From assembly GCA_003427395.1 (NCBI GenBank), contig BFEA01000004.1, positions 8,975,656-9,036,196 on the forward strand: 60,541 bases of DNA, given 5' to 3'. How positions within the stretch are numbered: the stretch's first letter is position 1; each line of letters opens with the position of its first letter. The notes beneath the pieces were generated by a model. The model had not been told where the DNA came from. It worked only from the letters and a program-made list of their open reading frames with translations, and searched no databases. A program made the translations under genes and the position numbers. Shown one piece after another: positions 53,864 to 60,541 of the stretch. This DNA is from Chara braunii. Lineage: Eukaryota > Plantae > Charophyceae.

Positions 53864-54434
53864 AGACTAGAGAAAGCAAAAGAAAGAACTGCATAGCAAA
53901 AAGCAAAAGATCGGTTTCAGTGTGCTTCGCGTTGTCTTCTATTTCCTTTGTTGGTTTGGCAAAGTGTGCTCTTTTGGTCGATACACATATCAGCGGTAAT
54001 ACTGCAATTTTCCTTTGCTTCCACGTGGTCGGATGCATCAGATGATTCAGATCCATATCCATAACCATGCAAGCCATTAAAAAAATAAAAAAAAACTCTC
54101 ACTTCTGAAAATAAAAAGATCCCTTTAACATCAGACAAGTTCCCAGGGGTATTATTGCAATTTGCCAATTTCCCTTCTCTTCTTCACTTCTGCACTCCTC
54201 GTACAAATATATTTTTTGTTTTTCCTTAATTAATTAATGAATTTAATATTCAGTTTCATTAATTTAATTCAATTTCGCACCTGAGATCTTCTATGTGCAC
54301 AACGTCTGTGTGCAGATCCTTCAACAGACGGCAATGATGTTTGCTGATCGAGAAGTCATTGCCTGCATCCGCCCGACCTATCGTGGTCTCTCCCCCCTTT
54401 AGCATAATATTGCCGAAGGGGTTATTAATGGCCA
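20329..54434 (-). CDS. CHFR: CHFR-like E3 ubiquitin-protein ligase gene, multi-exon, 5'-incomplete (FHA, RING, cysteine-rich domain, PBZ)
   Basis: Hand-spliced GT-AG exons give FHA (TIGR...ISKHH...[12 protein letters not shown]), the N-terminal half of a RING ([22 protein letters not shown]), [12 protein letters not shown], a Cys-rich region ([53 protein letters not shown]) and a PBZ ([23 protein letters not shown]). This domain order is characteristic of CHFR. The start codon exon and second RING exon were not located. Confidence 0.93.
21150..21935 (+). mobile_element. Possible 3' end of a non-LTR retrotransposon with (ATCA)n tail
   Basis: C-rich coding-like stretch ending abruptly in an (ATCA)n microsatellite; no recognisable domain. 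Confidence 0.35.
22912..22975 (-). CDS. CHFR: CHFR exon ([22 protein letters not shown])
   Basis: gttcag acceptor, gtaagt donor, phase 2 to 0; REL-x-Y-x-YR-x2-IP motif. Confidence 0.92.
23749..24460. mobile_element. Probable degenerate non-autonomous TIR element with subterminal GGGGTAGA(A/G)CGG-type repeats
   Basis: CAGGGGTAGAACGG at left, CCGCTCTTCCCCGG at right, many subterminal copies in both orientations; no clear TSD. Confidence 0.45.
24670..25235. repeat. Imperfect ~100-bp tandem repeat
   Basis: Recurrent tttactgaggtaaat and aaattgtgagac motifs. Confidence 0.75.
25258..25300 (-). CDS. CHFR: CHFR exon ([14 protein letters not shown])
   Basis: tcctctgcag acceptor, gtaagt donor, phase 1 to 2; supplies the first Cys of the VC-x2-C motif. 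Confidence 0.8.
26048..26089 (-). CDS. CHFR: Possible small CHFR exon ([14 protein letters not shown])
   Basis: gtatgt donor, weak tandem GAG/AAG acceptor (26089 or 26086), phase 1 to 1 so it can be skipped without frameshift. Confidence 0.45.
26292..26379 (-). CDS. CHFR: CHFR exon ([29 protein letters not shown])
   Basis: gtccag acceptor, gtgagt donor, phase 0 to 1. Confidence 0.88.
27316..27427. repeat. 112-nt near-perfect inverted repeat (hairpin or small MITE)
   Basis: agggcctagttgcactactcgccacc...ggtggcgagtagtgcaactaggccct; ~49-nt arms, ~14-nt loop. Confidence 0.85.
27524..27589 (-). CDS. CHFR: CHFR exon ([22 protein letters not shown])
   Basis: ctacag acceptor, gtactt donor, phase 0 to 0; the N-x2-E motif continues into ILEDYL. 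Confidence 0.85.
28201..29430. repeat. Dispersed repeat or solo-LTR-like element in CHFR intron
   Basis: Homologous to 3866-4850; the right end reads TG... on the minus strand; no TSD seen. Confidence 0.65.
29575..29946. repeat. Tandem duplication, ~180-bp unit
   Basis: ggggaacattttt...catgatgcactgccactcagctg...cactggtttccagtaaatg occurs twice. Confidence 0.85.
30370..30840 (-). ncRNA. Cluster of three degenerate hammerhead-repeat copies in CHFR intron (30372-30425, 30487-30546, 30808-30840)
   Basis: gcagactg-TA...gtcgg tgaaact tcaag-GAAA-cagtctgt with intact stem III, and gtcgg tgaaacc ctgac-GAAA-cagtctgt with intact stem II. Confidence 0.6.
30930..31033 (-). CDS. CHFR: CHFR exon, Cys-rich domain ([35 protein letters not shown])
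   Basis: catcag acceptor, gtttgt donor, phase 1 to 0; C-x2-C-x3-FC-x2-YW motif. Confidence 0.9.
31430..32750. mobile_element. Longer, older relative of the 35575-35860 element with a duplicated right end
   Basis: Shares ccagggaaggtccc, gcagaaaaataaactgaa, ttgcctcagggtc and ttttggccc(g)gccgggc...ctgg motifs; right end repeated at ~32575-32620 and ~32700-32750. Confidence 0.6.
33130..33237 (-). CDS. CHFR: CHFR exon, Cys-rich domain ([36 protein letters not shown])
   Basis: ttccag acceptor, gtatgt donor, phase 1 to 1; C...H-x2-C-x2-C...MP motif. Confidence 0.9.
34888..35249. mobile_element. Two adjacent TTAA-flanked MITEs (34888-35077 and 35082-35249) sharing a TTAA
   Basis: TTAA at 34884, 35078 and 35250; termini related to (A/C)CCACCAGTAC; first copy homologous to 45076-45263, second to the reverse complement of ~49570-49700. 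Confidence 0.7.
35436..35470 (-). pseudogene. 5' half of an organellar-type (mitochondrial-like) tRNA-Phe
   Basis: GTTTAGGTAGCTCAGTTGGTTAGAGCGAAGGACTG has an acceptor 5' strand, D arm and anticodon 5' strand, stopping in the anticodon loop; resembles plant mitochondrial trnF as recalled, not searched. Confidence 0.6.
35575..35860. mobile_element. MITE with 12-bp TIR and 8-bp TSD (hAT-like)
   Basis: TIR CTAGGCTACCAG/CTGGTAGCCTAG; perfect TSD CCACCAAG at 35567-35574 and 35861-35868; same terminus at 46798. Confidence 0.88.
35997..36186 (-). CDS. CHFR: CHFR exon, Ser-rich linker and start of Cys-rich domain (VTVKDLRKQ...[13 protein letters not shown])
   Basis: ctgcag acceptor, gtaggg donor, phase 0 to 1. 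Confidence 0.82.
38492..38578 (-). CDS. CHFR: CHFR exon after RING ([29 protein letters not shown])
   Basis: polyT-ctacag acceptor, gtatgt donor, phase 0 to 0; resembles the post-RING helix of CHFR proteins. Confidence 0.88.
42057..42154 (-). CDS. CHFR: CHFR exon, RING finger first half ([33 protein letters not shown])
   Basis: attcag acceptor, gtgagt donor; C-x2-C...C-x-H-x2-C pattern of a C3HC4 RING; not shown in the supplied ORF track. Confidence 0.93.
43188..43325 (-). CDS. CHFR: Probable CHFR linker exon ([20 protein letters not shown]...QQKKVKV)
   Basis: aatag acceptor, gtaagt donor, 138 nt open frame, phase 0 to 0, joins the RING exon in frame. Confidence 0.7.
43977..44032 (-). pseudogene. 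U6: 5'-truncated U6 snRNA retrocopy with poly(A) tail
   Basis: Minus strand AGCATGGCCTCTGTGCAAGGATGACACACATAAATTGAGCAATGGTCCAAAATTTT matches the 3' half of plant U6 with a few substitutions; followed by an A-tract and flanked by a GGTTCRATT duplication. Confidence 0.88.
45076..45263. mobile_element. TTAA-flanked MITE
   Basis: TTAA-ACCACCAGTACAC ... GTGTACTGGCGGT-TTAA. Confidence 0.85.
45527..45574 (-). CDS. CHFR: Probable CHFR linker exon ([16 protein letters not shown])
   Basis: tttttcag acceptor and gtaaga donor, 48 nt, phase 0 to 0, matching the next exon; no motif support. Confidence 0.5.
50051..50148 (-). CDS. CHFR: CHFR exon, FHA C-terminal part ([33 protein letters not shown])
   Basis: tttcag acceptor, gtgagc donor; the AG|T junction with the previous exon restores DLS-KNGT; phase 2 to 1. 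Confidence 0.92.
52715..53272. repeat. 9-bp minisatellite (TGTGGATAA)n
   Basis: Directly visible degenerate array. Confidence 0.92.
54281..54434 (-). CDS. CHFR: CHFR exon, FHA N-terminal part ([51 protein letters not shown])
   Basis: ctgcag acceptor, gtgcga donor, phase 1 to 2; carries the GR and SxxH FHA motifs. Confidence 0.9.
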
Positions 54435-55664
54435 CTGCAGCACCCAAGAGACACCCACCCCCCCCACCACCACCACCGCCACCACCAGAAATTAAACACA
54501 TCCCCATCCCCACCCATCCCCACCATGCCACCCACAACCAATGAGAGCCCGGAAAAGAAATCGGAAGCTTTAAAAAACTTTCAAAAATGTTCAAAGTAGT
54601 ACCAATCAAGAAATTTTGGATTTCTTAGCCCCGGTACCTGCAACCGCCGTCTGGTCAGGTCACTCGCCAAGATGGCAATGGGTGATGGTCCTGGGTGGTT
54701 AACACTAGGGGGGTAGGACAGGGGNNNNNNNNNNNNNNNNNNNNNNNNNNNNNNNNNNNNNNNNNNNNNNNNNNNNNNNNNNNNNNNNNNNNNNNNNNNN
54801 NNNNNNNNNNNNNNNNNNNNNNNNNNNNNNNNNNNNNNNNNNNNNNNNNNNNNNNNNNNNNNNNNNNNNNNNNNNNNNNNNNNNNNNNNNNNNNNNNNNN
54901 NNNNNNNNNNNNNNNNNNNNNNNNNNNNNNNNNNNNNNNNNNNNNNNNNNNNNNNNNNNNNNNNNNNNNNNNNNNNNNNNNNNNNNNNNNNNNNNNNNNN
55001 NNNNNNNNNNNNNNNNNNNNNNNNNNNNNNNNNNNNNNNNNNNNNNNNNNNNNNNNNNNNNNNNNNNNNNNNNNNNNNNNNNNNNNNNNNNNNNNNNNNN
55101 NNNNNNNNNNNNNNNNNNNNNNNNNNNNNNNNNNNNNNNNNNNNNNNNNNNNNNNNNNNNNNNNNNNNNNNNNNNNNNNNNNNNNNNNNNNNNNNNNNNN
55201 NNNNNNNNNNNNNNNNNNNNNNNNNNNNNNNNNNNNNNNNNNNNNNNNNNNNNNNNNNNNNNNNNNNNNNNNNNNNNNNNNNNNNNNNNNNNNNNNNNNN
55301 NNNNNNNNNNNNNNNNNNNNNNNNNNNNNNNNNNNNNNNNNNNNNNNNNNNNNNNNNNNNNNNNNNNNNNNNNNNNNNNNNNNNNNNNNNNNNNNNNNNN
55401 NNNNNNNNNNNNNNNNNNNNNNNNNNNNNNNNNNNNNNNNNNNNNNNNNNNNNNNNNNNNNNNNNNNNNNNNNNNNNNNNNNNNNNNNNNNNNNNNNNNN
55501 NNNNNNNNNNNNNNNNNNNNNNNNNNNNNNNNNNNNNNNNNNNNNNNNNNNNNNNNNNNNNNNNNNNNNNNNNNNNNNNNNNNNNNNNNNNNNNNNNNNN
55601 NNNNNNNNNNNNNNNNNNNNNNNNNNNNNNNNNNNNNNNNNNNNNNNNNCACACACACACACAC

Positions 55665-55727
<63 letters not shown>

Positions 55728-56356
55728 CTACACACACATCTCCATACAAACACGCACATGAGTACATGGGTGTGCACCAGGCACGGGATTCCAGCACGTG
55801 TACTCATTTGCAAACCTGACAGCCGCCGCGGGAATGCGTCCAGGTGAGCCTCACTATCCACAAGAATTTGGCGTGCAACACACCTTCGCACGCCCCGCCT
55901 TCTCTCCCTCCTTCCCTTGCCCCGCTCTCCCATCCCCTTCTGCATGAATTTACACTCTTGTTAACTCATTATAACTCGAATATTAATTAATAAAGGTTGG
56001 TGTAAAACCATAAACTATTACCGTCGATCTTTTTCCCCATCGTTCTGTTACCGGACTTAGCGTATCGATTTTTTTTCCAAGCGTAATTTGGAACTTAGCA
56101 TGTAAATTATAACGGAACGTAACGGCGCATGGCGCAAGTTTGCACGGGCATAGACATGCTTGAGACCTTACCGGACTGAATCTGGACGTTTTCGCGGTCA
56201 GATACATGCAGGAAAGCCCAAACAGATAATATGTAAACACCGTCGCACATATATTATATAATATCTTATGACCATATACATCGTCAAACAGAGCTGCCCA
56301 ATAAACCGTAGGCAGAGAGGGAGGGGGAGAAGAGGACAACAAACAGAAGGCGGCTG

Positions 56357-56537
56357 TGACAAACTGTTTCGTCGGAGTCTCACCTACAGTCTTCCCCCGA
56401 ATACATCGCACGGTCATCATAGCTGAATTTAGACTGAAAATAACCCAAGTTCAGCTATAATGACCGTGCGTTGTATTCGGGGGAAGACTGTAGTACCTAC
56501 TCATCAGGAGGCTGAACCCTCAAAAATAATCTGCAGA
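56357..56537 (-). ncRNA. Hammerhead motif (copy G) split by a MITE
   Basis: gcagattattttt-gagg gttcag cctc-CTGATGA-gtagg[MITE]tgagact ccgac-GAAA-cagtttgt. Confidence 0.7.
56387..56490. mobile_element. TA-flanked palindromic MITE (Tc1/mariner-type)
   Basis: TA-CAGTCTTCCCCCGAATAC ... GTATTCGGGGGAAGACTG-TA; related copy at ~258-422. Confidence 0.85.
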
Positions 56538-57531
56538 ATTCCCTAACCGACTGATTACACTGTAAGTGATAATCCACCTTAACCACAACCGGTCGTGGTT
56601 AAGCATCAACGACTGCCCGACAACTGATACCCCTCTGAGGTGGTGGGGACCACCAACCACTGCGCTCAAGGTACCTCTGACGAAAATCAAAGCATATCGT
56701 CGAAAAAAAATAAATGTGCATATTTTCCAAGTGGGTGTAAAACCATAAGACTAACAACGAAAAAGCATTCTCTTCATGAGCTCAAAATGAGAAATAAATC
56801 ATTTGAAGAAAGCAACGAATAGCCGACGGGCGGGACGGAGTGGGTGGGATGGGCTGGCGGGGGGGGGGGGAGGGGGAGGGGGGGAAAGGGGGAAGGAGGA
56901 AAGCGGGGAAGACGGCGAAAGGCGGGGAAAGGCAGGTGAAAGGAAGGGAAGGGGAAGACGGCAAGACTGTCGATTTGAACCAGCCAAACAGTACGGCGTG
57001 CTCTCTCTCTCTCTCTCTCTCNNNNNNNNNNNNNNNNNNNNNNNNNNNNNNNNNNNNNNNNNNNNNNNNNNNNNNNNNNNNNNNNNNNNNNNNNNNNNNN
57101 NNNNNNNNNNNNNNNNNNNNNNNNNNNNNNNNNNNNNNNNNNNNNNNNNNNNNNNNNNNNNNNNNNNNNNNNNNNNNNNNNNNNNNNNNNNNNNNNNNNN
57201 NNNNNNNNNNNNNNNNNNNNNNNNNNNNNNNNNNNNNNNNNNNNNNNNNNNNNNNNNNNNNNNNNNNNNNNNNNNNNNNNNNNNNNNNNNNNNNNNNNNN
57301 NNNNNNNNNNNNNNNNNNNNNNNNNNNNNNNNNNNNNNNNNNNNNNNNNNNNNNNNNNNNNNNNNNNNNNNNNNNNNNNNNNNNNNNNNNNNNNNNNNNN
57401 NNNNNNNNNNNNNNNNNNNNNNNNNNNNNNNNNNNNNNNNNNNNNNNNNNNNNNNNNNNNNNNNNNNNNNNNNNNNNNNNNNNNNNNNNNNNNNNNNNNN
57501 NNNNNNNNNNNNNNNNNNNNNNNNNNNNNNN

Positions 57532-57583
<52 letters not shown>

Positions 57584-57951
57584 CCCTCCAATAGTGTGCG
57601 CGAGCACACACATCACGGCGCGAGGAAGCCAGCAGACGATTGTGCGTGGGTGTGTGTGTGTGAGAGAGAGAGAGAGGGGCCAATTCATGATGTGCGAGAG
57701 CAACTCGCTGTGCGTGACCCTCCGCCTTGCTTCGCAAAGGAATCGCTCTCGCACATCAAGAGATGGAGGAATCTCGACCGAATCCAGCAAAGCGAAGCGG
57801 AGGAAAACAGGAGTCAATGGAGGACCCAAAAAAAAAGAAAACACCAGAAAAAAAGAAGGAAAAGAAAAATAGAACACAACAAGAGAGGGAGAGAGAGACA
57901 GACATGCGTCAAACAACAGCGCTCAAACTGTGAGTGAACGCGAGACAGACT

Positions 57952-58022
<71 letters not shown>

Positions 58023-58430
58023 AAGGCGGTCCTCAACGCGGGAGCGAGAGAACTGTTATTTTCTACCCATCCCTTCTCCGCCGCCCTCGGGATGCACCCG
58101 ACCGGGTCTGGATGCACCTGACTGCAATTACGTCCACAGAGGTGGAAAAAGTCCTAGTGTGAGTATCCCCTGAGTCGCGGAAGTCTGTCTCTCGAAGTAA
58201 AGCAGATCGCACTTCTCAAGTTTTAACAAATCACTGTGCTCTCCTGCTGGACGTGTGTGCTTTTTTTTAAAAAAGCTTTGAATCGCTTTTACAGTAAAAA
58301 TCACTCTGCCCCTCTCCCGCTGGACGTGTGTGCTTTTTTTAAAAAATCGCTTTTAAAAGTCACTCTGCTCTCAATCGTTTCCTTCTTTCCTGCTCGTTTT
58401 GAATCTTTAAAAAAAGTTTTTTTTAAAATG

Positions 58431-58488
58431 CTTATATAGGAGCGCATAGGGCGTTGACCGACCGATCAAACAAACTCTGCCACGTGTC
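58431..58488 (-). promoter_or_regulatory. Candidate core promoter of the CHFR-like gene: TATA (CCTATATAAG, 58431-58440) with an upstream G-box (GCCACGTGTC, 58479-58488)
   Basis: Motif match and orientation toward the gene only; no transcript data. Confidence 0.35.
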
Positions 58489-60413
58489 ATTCGATCCGTA
58501 GTCCGCACTGAAATCACTACCACAGTCCTGCTGCGACCTACCAGAGGTAGTAATCACTTCCACAATGATGATCTAATTAAGCGCCGTCGGATTAGGTATG
58601 TTCGCACGAGATGGGGTGCGATCCATTCCGCACTGAAATTCATTTCGCTGAAGATTTTATTCATAGCAGCCTTGGAAAAGAGTAGAGGCTTTGATGCATC
58701 CAATCATCTCAGGAGGGGAAGGAGGGGAAGGGAAGGGGAAGGGGAAGGGGAAGGGGAAGGGAGAGTCCAATTAACGCGGTCCCGCTGTGTGTATGCGTGC
58801 GTGCATGTGTGTGTCGGTGTTGTGGTGGGGGCGGGATGGCGGGGAGCGGAGAAGGGGGGANNNNNNNNNNNNNNNNNNNNNNNNNNNNNNNNNNNNNNNN
58901 NNNNNNNNNNNNNNNNNNNNNNNNNNNNNNNNNNNNNNNNNNNNNNNNNNNNNNNNNNNNNNNNNNNNNNNNNNNNNNNNNNNNNNNNNNNNNNNNNNNN
59001 NNNNNNNNNNNNNNNNNNNNNNNNNNNNNNNNNNNNNNNNNNNNNNNNNNNNNNNNNNNNNNNNNNNNNNNNNNNNNNNNNNNNNNNNNNNNNNNNNNNN
59101 NNNNNNNNNNNNNNNNNNNNNNNNNNNNNNNNNNNNNNNNNNNNNNNNNNNNNNNNNNNNNNNNNNNNNNNNNNNNNNNNNNNNNNNNNNNNNNNNNNNN
59201 NNNNNNNNNNNNNNNNNNNNNNNNNNNNNNNNNNNNNNNNNNNNNNNNNNNNNNNNNNNNNNNNNNNNNNNNNNNNNNNNNNNNNNNNNNNNNNNNNNNN
59301 NNNNNNNNNNNNNNNNNNNNNNNNNNNNNNNNNNNNNNNNNNNNNNNNNNNNNNNNNNNNNNNNNNNNNNNNNNNNNNNNNNNNNNNNNNNNNNNNNNNN
59401 NNNNNNNNNNNNNNNNGGGGGGGGGGGGGGGGGGGGGGACAGAAGGAAGGGCGGAAGGGAATGTAATTAATCTGCTTGCTGGATTGCGATTACGAAAATA
59501 GAAAGGGGTAATCATCAAAATGGAACAACAAAGGTTCTGCATCGAGTGGGGACAGAAATCGATACGAATCAGCTCGTGGAGAATTTAGTTTCTTTACAAC
59601 TAAATTAAAAAAAAGAATGTCGTGTGGCAAAAAAAAAAAAAAAAAAAAACAGATTCCACTGTGGCAAAGGTTCGGCATCGGTTTGGGACAGGTTCATATT
59701 CTGACGGTTCGATCTCAATCTTTCAACTTCGCTTTCTTTATCGTTGATTTGTTTGCAGTTCGTTGTCATCGTCTTGCAACTGGAAGATTGGGTTGGGGTT
59801 GGGATTGGGATTGGGATTGAGATTGAGATTGGATTGGACTGCGACCACGATCGTCACAATCTGGGATCGGGATTACCTACTGACTGCGATTGGGATCGGG
59901 ATTTACGGCAAGACTTCAATAATTGAAACTGCGCGAAAGTTGCGACCAGGTGGCATGGCTGTCGGGACTCCGATCAGGTTCGAATCGAATTGATACCTGC
60001 GCTCGCCCGTAAGCATCAGTCTTCAGAATCCCCTATACCTGATAACAATGTAATAAGTGATAATCCACCTTAACCTATATAGATATATTTCGCGCTCCAA
60101 TTCACAGTGCACCTATATACATATATTTTGCGCTCCGATTCAAAGTGTGACAATATATATATTGTCACATTGTGAATCAGAGCGCAAAAAAGGGAAAAGA
60201 AAAAGGGAAAAGGAAAAAAGGGGGAGGGGGAAGAGGTAAGGAAAGCTCCACCTGTTCATAACCTCTTACGTACAAGGCCAGCCCCGTGGATGACAGGTTG
60301 AGCGCTGGCTGCCCCCATCCCCGTGTGTCACAAGGACCCACTTGCACGCAGACAAAAGGCAAAGAGGTAAAGAAGGGGAGGAGGAAACCAAACCTGACAG
60401 GGAAAGAAAGATA

Positions 60414-60541
60414 TCTTATACACATCTAGATGTGTATAAGAGACAGGAGTAGAGGCTTTGATGCATCCAATCATCTCAGGAGGGGAAGGAGGGGAAGGGA
60501 AGGGGAAGGGGAAGGGGAAGGGGAAGGGAGAGTCCAATTAA
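60414..60541. other. Assembly artefact: Nextera mate-pair junction adapter followed by a copy of 58680-58774
   Basis: TCTTATACACATCT-AGATGTGTATAAGAGACAG at 60414-60446 is the head-to-head Tn5 mosaic-end junction; the following 95 bp duplicate 58680-58774. Confidence 0.96.

Noticed and set aside
1928-59542. Long ORFs in the supplied track that run through X stretches or poly-K/F/S/R/HT/CV repeats
   Set aside because: They are products of N gaps and microsatellites, not genes.
60414-60446. Tn5 mosaic ends as a real transposon or horizontal transfer
   Set aside because: The head-to-head arrangement plus duplicated nearby sequence is the Nextera mate-pair junction.

Overview
Eukaryotic, repeat-rich genomic DNA from a draft assembly (many N gaps, long microsatellites). 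It looks like a green-lineage genome; a charophyte alga such as Chara is my inference, not shown. Main contents: (1) A CHFR-like E3 ubiquitin ligase gene (FHA - RING - cysteine-rich domain - PBZ zinc finger) on the minus strand, spread over at least 34 kb (20329-54434+) in small exons. The FHA pair and the exons from 38578 to the stop chain in frame through GT-AG introns. The start exon and second RING exon were not found, and the FHA-RING linker is only partly resolved. (2) A decayed Ty3/gypsy chromovirus complex at ~5158-15254, where two same-family copies lie in opposite orientation and form ~1.9 kb inverted arms. (3) Several MITE families (TTAA-flanked, 8-bp-TSD, TA-flanked). (4) A retroposed U6 snRNA fragment and a mitochondrial-type tRNA-Phe 5' half in introns. 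(5) A Nextera mate-pair adapter artefact at the right end. The most unusual signal is a dispersed short-repeat family with about 7 copies here. Its consensus folds into a canonical type III hammerhead ribozyme, and two copies form a tandem pair 697 nt apart (retrozyme- or Penelope-like). Every copy in this window carries at least one core defect.
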